NCBI GenBank assembly: GCA_010093815.1
Contig: ML996566.1
Length of the DNA stretch: 64,000 nt
Direction: 5' to 3' (one strand)
From: Pseudovirgaria hyperparasitica
Taxonomy: Eukaryota
Shown: one piece after another, positions 51,077 to 64,000 of the stretch
Layout of the letters: every line of letters begins with the position of its first letter
Position numbering within the stretch: the stretch's first letter is position 1
Made by a program: the position numbers and the translations under genes
The notes under the pieces: generated by a model
What the model was told of the DNA's origin: nothing
The model's database searches: none
Seen by the model: only the letters and a program-made list of their open reading frames with translations

Positions 51077-51664
51077 ATGTTTTCTCTCGCGCTCTACCTT
51101 CCCCAATCAGCGTCTCCACCCTCACCTCCCTTCAATTCGAATACAGATTTCGAATTACAAACATACAGCGTGTCTACAGCACATAGTCCCCGCTCCTCAC
51201 GCGACCACCCTCGGTCAGGTGTCGCTGGTGAGCGTTATGAAATTTTCGACGTGCCGTGTGCCGGTGCGCATGGGCTACGGTTTCCGGAACCAGCACATGT
51301 CGATGTGCGGTATGGCTTGACGACGCGAGACGATACGCAGAAGCGCTATTCTGGAGCACTTCGTGGCACTTCTATACAGCATCGTGTTCTGCGAGAACAT
51401 GCACAATCTCGACAAGGCCTCGCTACTGAGGAAAGACACTTGCAGCCAAAAAAACATGGTGCTCCAAACAACTCACATCGCCACAAGCATACATCCTCGA
51501 AAGTCACGGTGATTGGTGAACCTTTCCATGTCGTCGAGGGAGTAAAGGCTGTTTCTGTGATCGAAGTCAAGGAGCTCTCCCACCAGATAGAAAAAGAACT
51601 GCTTACGGGTCCAGGACCCGATCACCTCCAAGGAACAGAACATCGCAAATCTCCGGTTCACTAA
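51077..51664 (+). CDS. Possible hypothetical protein
   Basis: 195-codon ATG-initiated ORF after a pyrimidine-rich leader; no recognised domain. Confidence 0.25.
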   Translation: MFSLALYLPQSASPPSPPFNSNTDFELQTYSVSTAHSPRSSRDHPRSGVAGERYEIFDVPCAGAHGLRFPEPAHVDVRYGLTTRDDTQKRYSGALRGTSIQHRVLREHAQSRQGLATEERHLQPKKHGAPNNSHRHKHTSSKVTVIGEPFHVVEGVKAVSVIEVKELSHQIEKELLTGPGPDHLQGTEHRKSPVH

Positions 51665-52449
51665 CTGCCTGCACGAGGCGCTCTTGTCGGGGTGAGCACT
51701 TTGAGATAGTGGTATTCTGGCGTATGATACACATGGAATTCGAAGAGAGCTGTTCGTCTTGTTCAGGGGCGTCATCGTATAAATACTATCGCTACTAGGA
51801 GGGCGGTGTGACACTGCTGCCACGGCTTCCAGAGGAGCCATTTCATGCGACATGCGAATAGTTGTAACAATAGTCGCCTGGGTGGAATCTGCTTTACAGT
51901 ACAACTCGACACACAATGACGTGGACACCTAAGGGGACAAACATCACATCTGTGACGCCTGGTGTGTCTTACGAACTACGAAATCGGCGCTCGGGAGAGC
52001 AGCAAGCCTTCATACAAGGCATGAAATCACACGAAATATGGATATGAGTGTCAGGTGTATTATAAAGGTTTCCATTCCAACATCACTTTACGGTGGCTGT
52101 GATGTGATGTAACGTGTACTGTATTGTGACGTTCAAATTTAAGGCTATGCACACACACGATCGCTTTGTTGTCTCTCATTCATCACTGAAACGCAGGTTT
52201 CTAATAGCCATGGACTGCTTGCCCACCTCCGTACCACAATGGATCTATTCAAGTGACACAAGTGCCATAGTGGCTTTCACCGTCAATGCAATGAAACGCT
52301 CAGGTCTGCCAACTCAGCAACACAACGCAACCCTTATTTTATCCATAAGCTAAAGAGGCAGACTTACAATCACCTCACAGCACCACAAATCGACCACACA
52401 TCAATGCGTCATACTCATAACCACACACTCAGATACTCAAACACGCATT

Positions 52450-53022
52450 ATGGACATCCCCATCCTCACAACGACTCACTTCCCACGTACTCTCTGCCCT
52501 AACACACAATGTCCGTTCCCCCTCCCCCACAGCCCCCATTTCCCAGGTCAAGTCCCCGAGATCTACACTCCGCCTGCTCAGCACGCACCCCCCTCCCACA
52601 AAGAACCACAGACCCACACCTCTCCTCAAATCACTCCTCAAACCAATCATCAAGCCCAGGACCAAGAACAAGACCAAGCACACAGCCACAGCGACACACC
52701 CCCTGACATATCTTCACCCCCACCATCCCCTTCAGCTACCCTTTTCTTAGTCTACCTATGCTGCTCCTGCGAAATGCCTAATGCAAATCACAACATTACA
52801 CCAACACCAACAACACCACCACCATCGACGACACAAACACGACACAGACTCCGCATAAGGACTAGATGCACATATTGCGAACATCCATTCGCCAGGTGCA
52901 GGGCTTGTTGCGCGAGTCCGGTGCTGTGTACGAGGGATGAGTTCGAGGCCTTGCTGAGGGCGGATGAGCGACTAAGGGATGAGGTGCGGAGGAGGCTCTC
53001 GGGGTTGGGGAGGAGTAAGTGA
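52450..53022 (+). CDS. Hypothetical Cys/His-rich putative zinc-binding protein
   Basis: CPNTQC...H, CCSC and CTYCEH...CRACC motifs separated by P/Q/T-rich linkers. Confidence 0.55.
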   Translation: MDIPILTTTHFPRTLCPNTQCPFPLPHSPHFPGQVPEIYTPPAQHAPPSHKEPQTHTSPQITPQTNHQAQDQEQDQAHSHSDTPPDISSPPPSPSATLFLVYLCCSCEMPNANHNITPTPTTPPPSTTQTRHRLRIRTRCTYCEHPFARCRACCASPVLCTRDEFEALLRADERLRDEVRRRLSGLGRSK

Positions 53023-54146
53023 ATAGACGATGGGCATGTGGTGAGTTGCTCGAAGCTGGTGTTGGTTGTTATGCTCATCATGCATGTTGGGAGGACGGGA
53101 ATCTAGCGAGGGGAATGTATGGGCATGCATGAACATAAGCATGACCATTGCAGAGGTTGCAGATAGTGAATAGCATGGGCACAAGCATTGAAGAGCCAGT
53201 GGACGAATGAAGTTTCAACTGTGTATACATGTAACAACACAACAACCCCTTCATAGCAACAACCACAACACTCACAACAAAGCCTGGCACGAAGTCCCAC
53301 ATACATCCCATGTACGCATGTTCCACGTACGTCCATGTAAGCATCATACACTGCATGCATGTACGTACATCCGCCAAACCCAACATGCATATACGACCCC
53401 CAGCCCAACCCGCCTGCAGTCCCACAAATACGCATAGCCTAAATTCCAGATCCCCATTCCCTTCCTTCCATCAAAGCTTCCATCAACGCTTCCATTTCAT
53501 TCAGCCGTCCATCTAGCCGTCCATCCGTCCACCGATCCGCCCCCACACTTGACTCAACCAACGAACCCACCTGCACCAACCAACGAACTGGTTCTCTTCA
53601 AGCCATCTCCGGGCGCGCCAAGATGCGGATTTTACTCATGATCTACTAATTCTGTTTCTGAGGTTACATGCGTACTTGGCCGTGTTGGGTAAATGGAGGG
53701 GAGCAGGGGCGGGTCGCCTAAGCAAGTGGAGTGGTCTTGTCGAGAAAGGATATATATTATTTTTATTCTATCTTGTGTGGTTGTTTTTGTCCTTTTGGAG
53801 TTGGCCCAAGTAACTAGGGCTTTGTGATTTTCTTTTTTGTAAATACTCTTTATATATGTCATTGTTGTCTCAAGGTAGGGAAGGGTCAGTGTAAGGGACG
53901 ACAGAGCCGTTGCATCGGAACCTCCGGGGGCGTGACTAAGGGGAAGGTGGGGCAGAGGCCGACATAACATGTGAGTAAGTGTAGGAACCACGGCGTCCAA
54001 GACGAAGACAATGCTTGGAACTGGGGGCCGATGACATGAGTAAGCCAAGATCATGATTTCATATCCAATTACCAGATACGGAACAGATACGTAAGCTCTA
54101 CGCACGAAGAAAAAAAAGTAAAAAGGTCCTTTCGCTCGTTCAGCAT

Positions 54147-55751
54147 TCAGACCTTCCAACTGCCAGTCCTGCTGCGGAAGAAGTTGTCCGGGTCGACGAG
54201 TTCTTGCACTTTCTTTGCGAACGCGCGCTTCTCCGGCTTGATGCGGCCCCAATAGTCCTGGCCCTGGTTACCGTCGTTGGCGAAAAGGGGGAGGTGAGGA
54301 ATGCTGGGCAGCGAGCCGTTTTTGATGAACCCGTCGATGAGGGCCTTTTGGCCGGTGTACAGCGTCTTCATGGCGTCTTGCACGCGCTTGTCGTCCCAGT
54401 CGAAGGGGAGGTTGATGTACGACAAGTTCATCTCGAAGACGATGTAGTCATAATTCTCGTCCATGTCGAGGAGGTCGCCGCCCTTCTCCTTTGCAATGCG
54501 GAGCTGACGCTTTGGTACGGGCTGGTATGCGATCGAGGCGATGATTCCGGCCGTCGCGAAAAGAGTCTTGGCCGTCTTGCGCCAGAAGTTGATGTAGCTG
54601 TCGAGGACGTAAACATCGGTTTTGGCGGGCAGAGGCGTGGTCTCAGTGCCCATCTCGTAGCTGAAGCCACGGATAGCTGCAAAGTTGTTCGCCTCGAGGT
54701 ATGATGCGTATGACTGCTTCTTTGCGGTGTTGGCAATCGGTCCAATGTCGAGAAATTGTTTGAAGGCATCACCAGGATCCTGGCCGTCGTAGAACACAAA
54801 CATCAGCCAGGCCTCGACGAGATCGAGAGGCATGACCGTCGTGGATATGATGGCAGCTTTGGGGTGGTCATCGTAATTCTCGGTAAAGTCACGAATGGCA
54901 GCGAGGATCTGCGATTGCTTGTCGGGCGTGAAGATGAAGTAGCCGGCCCAGATCTATTATGGTCGATCAGTATAAGGAGTCAAGCCAATGCATGCGCCAT
55001 ACCTCGTTGTCAATAGGGTACGCCTGGAGCAGGAAGGACGTGACGATGCCAAAATTGTTTCCACCACCATGCATGGCGTCGAACAAGTCTTTATTATGGT
55101 CCTTGGAAGCTTTGGCGATGGTACCGTTGGCAAGCACCACCTCATATTCAAGAACATTGCTCATTGCCCAACCATTCTGAGCACTCAAGAAGCTCAGTCC
55201 ACCTGCGAACGTTAGTAATGAACAGATGATAAGCAATATGTTCAAGACAGCCTACCATATAGCATGAGACCCCCGACACCAACGTCACCAATACGGCCAC
55301 CGACAGGAGTATATCCACTACCATCCAGAGCTTTTGCAACGTCTACCCATCGATTGCCCGGACCGACACGAACCGTCTGGGAAGCGGCATCGAGATTCAC
55401 CTCGTTGAGTTTCCGAGTCGAGATCAAGGGTGACCCATCGATGCTTGCGAAGTACTTGTTGGGGCTATGGCCGCCAGACTTGATCGCAAACTTCTCGGTG
55501 TTTCCATTTGCCCGCAGAGTCTTGACAATCGTCGACACCTCCTCAGCAGTTGTGGGCGAGAGAATACACGAGGGCTTGAGGGCACTGCAGGCCGTTGACC
55601 AGTATTCGAAGTTCTCAGTCAGGTAGTCGGTAGACAACGGATGGTCGAGTTCAATGGCGGTGGTGTCCTGTATCGTCCGGCACGTATCAGACACCACAAC
55701 AGATGCGATGGAGGCAAGAGCCGTGAGACCGAAGATGAGCTTCTTGGTCAT
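54147..55751 (-). CDS. Secreted FAD-linked oxidoreductase (VAO/BBE-like, AA7-like)
   Basis: Signal peptide, PSCILSPTTAEEVS, FAIKSGGHSPN (covalent-FAD His), VGVGG..GG, HGGGNNFGIVT and a C-terminal VDPDNFF. Two introns. Confidence 0.9.
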
Positions 55752-57253
55752 GTCTGTCGAAAGGATGGGCAGAATTCCACACCACGGTCATGGTCAAGTC
55801 TAGGGGCATGCAGGTCCGTTATATACAACCCGATCGGACGCGACTCCATAGTGTGAGTCCAGAGCCAATGTAGCAAAGAAGTGGAAGAGTTGAACTATTT
55901 TGGGCAAAGATCGTCTACAAGGAGTGCCTCCGAGTGCTGGAAGGTCAAAATTAGGGATACCCGTAACCCGTATAGAAATCCGTATCGGGCGGAGGCAAAA
56001 TTGCGGGATCCACCCCCCTAATGATCCTCAGCTGACACTGATACCTGCCAAACTACTCACTGACCACCGCCGGGTTCTGTGGGAATGGCACGATGTTCAG
56101 CAATTCCCGAGTGAAACATGTCTTTGATTGGATCGTGACAGACTGCTTGGGCGTGGCCTGGGTGGAGATAGACTGGGGGCGTTCGCGTGGAAAAGTATGT
56201 GGCGTATGTTGTCTCTTTCATGTGCAACCACCGGGCGCGCGATATCCTGTCTCCTCGGCATCCATCATACTTGTCTTGAATGCAAAGTCAAAAGTGGCGG
56301 TGGTCCGGAGTCGTCGGTTTCACGTCCGTGATTGAGTTATGTTGATTGGGGGATGTGGATTGTACGGGAGGGCGAGTGCATCGGGAAGGGAAAAGTGCTT
56401 GTTAGCGTGTTGATGTGCCTCGCTTACAGGATTCACTACAGCAATTGCAGACACCGGCCCCACTATGGGAGTTCAGTCTTTGCCGGCGCGGTAATCAGGC
56501 ATAATGCCCACTTAACAAGCTTCACGAATTGCTCCTTTAGCATTAGCCCTGTCCACGGCTTGTTCGTTCTCGTACTTAGGCTTATACTTGTGTCCACTTG
56601 CTACTAGCTTCTTTCCACGATCCGGCCCTTTGTAGCGCTACGTCTCGTTGACTCGCTGGATTCCCTCAAGCGTCGCAAGATTTTACCCCTAAAGTCGAAA
56701 GACATTAACAGCCTCGTAGCGAAGGCTTGGATTTGGGGAATGTTTACATGTAGTCTGATGAGACTTGTTCGTCTTCCTCACACCGCGCGTCTTCGTGGAT
56801 GATAAGCCTTGTTTATATCCTTGCTGTGATCAAGCAAGCCTCTGACGGGCCTAATATCTATCCCAGCATGAGGTGCTATAAAATGCCAAGCACAACAAAT
56901 CAGAGGATCTCCCAAGTAGGTCTAATTCCAGAAAATCAGGAAGTGGCCGTGGGTTGAAGACGATCGTTACCACGGTAAAAGACCAATACATTGTAGACGT
57001 GTTCGAGCACTGATATTACAAGATAGTCGTAAGCGACGTGACGGGCCATTGATAGTTGACTATTAGCCACTAATATGGGTATGTACATGCTGAGAGCCCC
57101 ATGTCTCCAAAAGGCACCAACCAATGCCGCTACTCATTTGGCAATGGTTTGGGTTGTCTGTGGTGTGATTGCAGAAGCAATAAAGGAGGACACTATAAAG
57201 GTCCAAGGCGAAGAGAATAATATGTTTCGCTAATAGCATGGGATGTGGGTGGC

Positions 57254-60200
57254 TCAGGATCTCTCCGACGATGGTCGTTCGGAAGCGCGGTGTTGTCGCT
57301 GTCGTCTGAAGCAGGCACTACAGCAGGTTTAGTGTCAAGAACGCATCAGAGAGTTACTCTGTGGTGGTGGACCTACAATTCTCCTTTGGTACCTTCTTTT
57401 AACCGTTTCAAGATGGCTCGCAGTTCTGGGAGTTCATCCTGCAATCGACGCCGCGCTTCATTATCTGTGCGCTCATCCAACACAACATAGATCGCACTCT
57501 GCGTCTCCGATGCTTTACTAGTCGTATAGTTGCCCAGCGTCTGCGCCATGAGTTCTATATCCAAGGTCGCCTGCATAAGTGCCGCAAGGGAATACTTCGG
57601 CCGCTTCTTAAAAGATTCTATTAGAGACAATGATATTTGCTCAAGTAAGTACTTGAGAATCTGGCCTACGAGCGTCGAGGCTGTTGTCGACACATCCGTG
57701 TGAACGATGACTAATGCCAAAAGGACATCGTAAACATATGGCTTAGCATCTTTCAGATGCTGAGTCGTTGGTGGTGCCCAGTCAGGTGATCCGATGCCGT
57801 CCTCGATTATTCTTGACAAGTTCTCGGATATCGGCTTCGTATACGCACTGAAAAGACGGCTGTCTATTTGTTCAACAACGTCGCGAATCTGCTTTGACTC
57901 GTCCGAGAGCTTTACCGAAAAATTCGACTCGAATTGTGCGATCAGTTGCGGGACCACATCGTTCCGAAGCGATTGAAGATTGCTCAAAGTTAGAAGCATG
58001 CGGATGTTCTGCTACTAGTTAGCGATATTTGCTGAATGGCTCGGATATGACCAACCCGGTTTGTAGCATCGATGTTGCTGATACTAAGCCCTGCATCCGA
58101 TGTACCACGAGAGGGTATGACAATCGAATCACCATCTCCATTCACTAATGCATCATTCTTTCTCAAGTTCTCTGCGTTTTCTACCATGCCGCTCAAAGCT
58201 TTGTAGAGACTTGCTGTGAACTGTTGTCGAATTTGCTGCAATAGCTTCGCTGGAGGAGGTACAACCACGTCCGGAGAGTCAGACTTGTTTGCGGCCTCGG
58301 TGATATAGGTGATTTTCTGTAGGTTTCCAAGTATCACACTCTCTAGCGCCATAAAGCGATTTGGCATGTTAGTGAGGTCTCGGCGATCGGGAGATCTTGT
58401 CCAATCCTCAAGCATTCGACAGTTCTCCGAATCGTTGTTCCATGCCGCGCAGATAGCGCGTACAGAGTGCTCTCGCACAGCCCCTATTAGAAGCTTCAAT
58501 TCATCCGATGATCGGCCACGCATAAGGCTAAGGCCAGCGATCTCACTAGCAGCTGTGCCAACTAGAACTAGAATCTTACTCAAATAATACACACCACCCG
58601 GAGCGTTGGCATGAGGTGGCCAGAAGGCAAATTGCTCCCACGACTCACCGTTCCGAGGAGATGGAGGCGGTATATCACTTGGGTCGAATTTGAATCGGGT
58701 GCCGCTTCGCGGAGACAAAGCACTTGTAGGCGAGAGTGCACTTGGTGGAGCCGAGAAGGGTGTGTTTGGCGTCGTCGGAATAGGTGAAAACAGCATCGAG
58801 ACATCGTCGATAGGAGGTTCCGAAAAAAAGGTTGTGACATGTTGCCGCAGAATGCCAATGATTTCCTGTGTTCCTTTCTGTAATTGACGTATGCCGTCAG
58901 ATGATAAAAGATGGTATTTTTGGCTACTTCCGTTCGGACCAAGGGGGAGTTTACGTTGTGCCTTTCCATCGATGAATGACTGCACAATATCCCAGTACTC
59001 GATAATCTCGCCCAAGACGCCGCCGTGCGGCGAAAGCAAGTCATTCATAACGGAATAAACATAGTCCCAGAATTCGAGGACCTTGACAGAATCTATCTTG
59101 ATCGTCGTACCAGGCTTATCCAGTGAACCAGCTGAACGTAAGTAGGACGCCATCTGTTGCAATGAAGGCTTCGCACTATTGCCCAGCTTACGCCGCAGAA
59201 TCTCTATCTCCACCGTTGATCGCTCGGTGGTCCTCGTAATCTTGTTTTTGAGATAGTCAAAGCGACTCAGGAGCCAGACCCAAATTGGATTTTCTTCCAC
59301 ACCAAGCTCTAGTAGAACAGAAATAAGCTCCATATACTCGTCCGGGCGATCTTCTTCGGTGTCTCCTGGCTGTCTCGACGAATGTGTTCCAGATAGCCTC
59401 TTCCAAACATCGCGTTTGAATGAAGCCATCTGCTCGTCGATGTCTGACCACATGCGAGCAGCGACAACAATTTGATGTATCTCAGAATCACTCAAGCTCT
59501 TCTGTCCCCGACTTTCTGCCATTTTCCGCGCTTCCTCTGCGAATTTGCGCGCCTTCTTGTATTCTTCCACAAGCATCTCGTTGTCCTTTCGCCTGATGCA
59601 ATCTCTTATGCTCGACCCGAGCTCGAACACATCGCGATGCTTTTCAATGGTTGAGAGAACGGCTCTGAGTGTTCCCTCCTTTTCCTGGCCTCCTAAGGCG
59701 GGACCCCACACTTCTTCCGCCTTCACTGCAACTTCTGCAAGAGGTGTCTTGATACCGGCTACCCCGTATTCGCTTTCCTTGGTCAATGCGTTTTTCTTCT
59801 TGTCGGTGGAACTTGTCTGGCTGAAGCCAGATGTGGAGACGTTGCTGACCTGTCGCAGATGGCCAGATTTGCTGGTATGCCTTGAATGGGGACGTCTTGG
59901 TGAGGGCGGGTCATTATCACGACCCTGAGTGCGCATTTCTTCGTATACATTGTCAATGGTTGCTTTGGCCTTCACGAACCGTTCAAAGTTTGATTCCACC
60001 AAAACCTTCAGTGAGGCGGACTTCTTCTCTATAGACCGCGACAGAAAGTCTAGTCCTTGTAGTAGGGATTCTGTGGACGCAGTATTGTGCACCTGGGACA
60101 GAAACAAGGTCGGTGAGAATGATGTCGAGGATAGTAGGAATCTGTTTCGGAGCTTAGGGTCGTCTTCCACTGCCAGCCCGCGTTGCTTGAGGATCTGGAC

Positions 60201-60482
60201 GACGCTTGGAGCAGCTCCAAGTGGATCGGGCTCATCTCTCTGGACCAAGTTCTCTACACCATCTTTACTTCTTTCCGCACCAGGCACACTGACTCGATTG
60301 CTTCCACTCCTGTCCAGGACAGAATACCGCGATTTCGAACGTCTCGCCGGATGCTTCGCCGCTTGCGGCTTCACAGGTGCTTCGTCATCATCAGAGCTAA
60401 AGTCCTTGTCTTCCGGCCAGGTATCAGGATACAGTGTCTTGAGGTTGTAGTGGGCGAGGAGGGTGCGGTCGAGATCCGCCAT
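57254..60482 (-). CDS. SEC5: Exocyst complex component Sec5
   Basis: DEPDPLG, SLKVLVESNFERFVKAKATID, ENPIWVWL and QATLDIE. Introns at ~58010-58056 and ~57318-57373; the last exon ends FACFRRQ...RS*. Confidence 0.95.
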
Positions 60483-60851
60483 GTTAGTCTCCGAGACACA
60501 GTGTTAACTTAGGAGCCCAATTCGAGGGAGCGAGATGCCATCGACAGGCTTTTGAGGTATCGAGATCTGAGCCGATTGGTGACTCAGCTGAGAGTCGACT
60601 ATGGACCTCCAACAATTAGTATATCGCGGTGGAGCTGAAGCTTGAAGTAGTCAGGACGTCTTTGGGCCTCGTCTCCGACTGGTACTTAGCGTCTCGGAGC
60701 GATTGCGCTAATGGCAAGACAGCCGCCTTTCCTTGCCGCATCAGTCCCCAACTCAAAGCTTTGCAAGAACCCTTCCACCCTCCACCTCACACCTTTCTCT
60801 CACCACGACTAATTGCTGCGAAGGGCTGTAGCGGTATCTGAAGCTGTCATC
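60483..60851. promoter_or_regulatory. Compact bidirectional promoter for SEC5 and IDH2
   Basis: The two start codons face away from each other ~370 bp apart. The interval contains TGACTCA (60580-60586) and ATTGG (reverse CCAAT). Confidence 0.55.
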
Positions 60852-62214
60852 ATGATATCCACTCGTTCTTTCGTTGCGCCTATGCGCCAATGCCTTCGAC
60901 AGGCTCGCGCAACTCCCATTCGGAGCCCAGCGTTGGTCCAGGTATGCGGCACTTTGTAGCACCCAGAGACAGAGCGCGACGAGATTTCTCTGTGGGACCT
61001 AGATACTGATATACACCTTGTAGACTCAATCCAGGTCATATGCTGTTCCTTCGGAGAGCAGAGTCGCTCAATTCAACGGAACAAAGGGCAACGATGTACG
61101 AGACACCAACAAGCTTCGAACAGTCAATCCGAACGCATATATCTGACCGTACGGCTTTTTAGGGTAAATACACCGTCAGTCTAATCGAGGGAGACGGCAT
61201 TGGACCAGAGATTTCACAATCTGTAAAAGATATCTTCGACGCCGCAGGAGTAGGTGAATTGGTTTCGCAACGCTTGTCCTGCGACTTACAAGACGACAGG
61301 CACCGATCAAATGGGAATCTGTGGACGTCACGCCGCGACTGAAGGACGGTAAGACTGTGATTCCGGACGAGGCCATCGAGAGCATCACGAAGAACTTTGT
61401 CGCACTCAAGGGACCCCTCGCAACACCCATTGGCAAGGGCCACGTCTCGCTCAACCTTACCCTCCGCCGCACTTTCAACCTCTTCGCAAACGTTCGTCCT
61501 TGCAAGTCTATTGCCGGCTACAAGACCCCCTACGACGGCGTTGACACTGTCCTGATTCGTGAGAATACCGAGGGAGAGTACTCTGGTATTGAGCACGTCG
61601 TAGTCGACGGTGTTGTGCAAAGTATCAAGCTTATCACTCGAGAGGCCTCTGAGCGTGTCCTCCGGTTTGCCTTCCAGCATGCCGAGGAGATTGGCCGGAC
61701 AAAGGTACGCGCCGTCCACAAGGCCACCATCATGAAGATGTCCGACGGTCTATTCCTCAACACCGCGCGCGAGATCTCCAAGGAGTTCCCCAACATTGAA
61801 TTCGACGCGGAGCTTCTAGACAACACATGCTTGAAGATGGTCACCGACCCGACGCCTTACAACGACAAGGTCTTGGTCATGCCTAACCTGTACGGAGACA
61901 TTCTGTCCGACATGTGCGCTGGTCTGATCGGTGGCCTCGGTCTTACTCCCTCCGGTAACATTGGCGACGAGTGCTCCATCTTCGAAGCCGTCCACGGCTC
62001 GGCTCCTGATATCGCTGGCAAGCAGCTTGCCAACCCTACCGCTCTGCTCCTGTCCAGTATCATGATGCTTCAGCACATGGGTCTCCACGAACACGCCAAC
62101 AAGATCCGCGATGCGATCTTCAAGGTCCTTGCCGAGGGCAAGACCATCACGGGTGATCTCGGCGGCTCAGCAAAGACGTTCCAGTATGCGGATGCAGTCA
62201 TCAAGGCTCTATAG
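60852..62214 (+). CDS. IDH2: NAD-dependent isocitrate dehydrogenase subunit 2, mitochondrial
   Basis: Presequence [62 protein letters not shown] and [13 protein letters not shown]. Three 5' introns. Confidence 0.95.
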
Positions 62215-62498
62215 GCTCTTTCTTCTCCTTCAAACTCGGATTCTCCTTGGCTTCTTAAACATAACGCGCGCATATGGCAGTAGACGAACGAACGAACGGA
62301 AGGAACGGAGGGGTATGATGGGAATGATGCATCTTGTTGATATGTACTGCGTGGCCTCTTAAATAAAGACTGTACTATACCTGGCACGGAGTGTTTCCCC
62401 CTCCAACCCAGGCCTAGACCTTTAGCGATGAATACATATACATATATATACATACACCTACTCGTACACGTTTCTGCTCCACACACCTACTCCCACAA

Positions 62499-64000
62499 CT
62501 ACACAAGCTCAAAAGACCGATCCAGCCAATTCCCCCCTGAATCCTCGCCGACACGACTATTCCTCTCCCGCCTAAACACCGGCTTCAGCCAAGTTCTCTG
62601 ATCATCCTTACCCGGAAACGCCGCGGCAATCGCCCCGACAGTCTGCGGATCAAACACCGCATTCCGCGCAATCATCTGCTCAATCGCCCACCTGCAGCGC
62701 GGATCCCCGGCCTCGGCCGTCTTGCGGACCAAGAAGCGCCAGGTGCCCGGGCGAGGCTCCCAGTCGCGGCTGAGCATCTCGTCGAAGTAGCTGAAGGCGG
62801 CATCCCAGGTGTCGGGGCTGTGCAGGTGGACGAGCACGAGGCGGTCGTAGGTGAGCAGGTTGGGCTGGAGACCGTTGTCGATCATATACTGCGCGAGATA
62901 GGTGGCGATCTCGCGGCGGGTATTGCGGACGCAGCCGCGGAGGAGGATGTTGATGGTTGAGGTCTCGGGCTTGCCGCCGGTGCAGATGTCGGGGAGGAGG
63001 GACCAGAAGTGCATTGCGTCTTCGAAGCGGTTGAGTTGCACGGTTGCTTCGATGATGACGTCCATTGCGGGGACGGGGATGGGGGCGCCGCGGAGCTGGA
63101 TGCGGCGGAGGCAGTCGATTGCTTGGTTGGGGCGGGCGGAGTTGGAGATGAGGTATCGGTAGAGGGTGCGGGTGCAGGAGGCGTCGATGTAGACGTGGGC
63201 GTCGGTCATGATGCTGAGGACGGACAGGGCGGTTTCGAGGTCGTGGGCGGCGAGGTAGGCATCGATGAGAAGCTCGTAGTGGGAGCGGTCGAGGACGACG
63301 TTGCGGGCGGAGAGGAGGCGGAAGACGTCCGTGGCGAGCTCGACGTCGCCGGCGCGCGAGGCGGTCATGAGGACGTTGAGGCAGATGCCGGTTGGGGGCA
63401 CCATGTATGCGGGCTCGACGCGCTTGCGCCAGACGTATTTGACGGCGTCGTAGTGGCTTTGGGAGCTGGCGGAGTCGAGGAGGTGCTGCCACATGTTTGC
63501 GGAGATGGGGTAGGTGCTGCTGTTCTCGCGCAGTTGGAGGATGTGGAGGGCTTCTGTGATGTTGTTCGGGGTGCATTCGGCCATTATGTAGTAGAGCATG
63601 TCGTGCAGCCACGGCTCGACTGGGGTGCCGCCGTCGACCATGGCCTCCATTCTGTCCATGGCCAGTTCGAATTGCCTGTCCTTGATCAAGCTCGCTATGA
63701 CACTGTGTTGCCCGAACTCGGACAGTACGTACCATTTCGAGTCCATGTGTTCGAGCATAAGTGTAAGGAGATTGTAGTCTGGATGCACCGACAGCACCTA
63801 GTTGTTAGGTTGTCAGCATCATATGTCTCCAAGGTAGGCAATCTTTCATAGACGTACTTCCAACACATAATGGCATATTTCTTCGTCGAGTTCAATGCCC
63901 TCGTCTTGCATCTCAGTGATGATCTCTGCCAGCATAGCCGCACCTCCTCTTGTTGCACTTGAGCATGCCCGTATCATAGCACTATACAGCTGTCGGTTGG
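62499..64000 (-). CDS. Pentatricopeptide-repeat protein (probably mitochondrial); 5' end outside the window
   Basis: PPR-like helical repeats (HYELLIDAY, TINILLRGC, PNLLTYDRLV). The upstream exon NRQLYSAMIRAC...CHYVLE joins through an intron at ~63798-63857. Confidence 0.88.

Noticed and set aside
53632..54252. 206-aa minus-strand ORF
   Set aside because: Overlaps the FAD oxidase 3' end and UTR out of frame, and the composition is not protein-like.
45044..55751. GT32, GNAT, Caps_synth-like and FAD oxidase as a secondary-metabolite cluster
   Set aside because: No backbone synthase (PKS, NRPS, terpene cyclase) or pathway transcription factor is present.
3955..60482. PEP7, VTI1 and SEC5 as a trafficking gene cluster
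   Set aside because: They are far apart and interspersed with unrelated genes; probably coincidence.
61159..61719. 186-aa minus-strand ORF
   Set aside because: Antisense shadow of the codon-biased IDH2 CDS.
62680..63851. 351-aa Arg/Pro-rich and 280-aa Gly/Val-rich ORFs
   Set aside because: Alternative-frame and antisense shadows of the GC-rich PPR gene.
1..64000. Transposons or RIP-degraded repeats
   Set aside because: No transposase, RT or integrase motifs, terminal repeats or long AT-rich blocks were seen by eye.

Overview
Gene-dense genomic DNA from a filamentous ascomycete (Pezizomycotina, probably a Dothideomycete). The evidence is short GT-AG introns with CTRAC branch points and fungal gene families such as a hydrophobin, a CFEM/Pth11 receptor and a QDE-2-type Argonaute. 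About 25 protein-coding genes are supported. Housekeeping genes: PEP7, MET8, a METTL16-like methyltransferase, VTI1, a BOR1-like transporter, SEC5, IDH2 and a PPR protein. Accessory or secreted genes: a deuterolysin, a CFEM-Pth11 receptor, a large unknown secreted protein, a GPI cysteine protein, a BIM1-like membrane protein, a hydrophobin and a BBE-like FAD oxidase. Also present are a SET-domain protein, an Argonaute, a DAS-like transketolase paired divergently with a sugar transporter, and two DxD glycosyltransferase-like genes, one of them frameshifted. The most intriguing signals are: (i) a ~760-aa secreted protein with an alpha-pore-former-like layout, (ii) a tRNA-like Pol III unit that cannot form a cloverleaf, next to a ~21-nt degenerate tandem array, and (iii) a structured, possibly spliced non-coding interval between convergent genes at 12.7-14.4 kb. 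No intact transposon, rRNA or CRISPR array was seen. Exon boundaries were read by eye and family calls come from motif recognition, not database searches.
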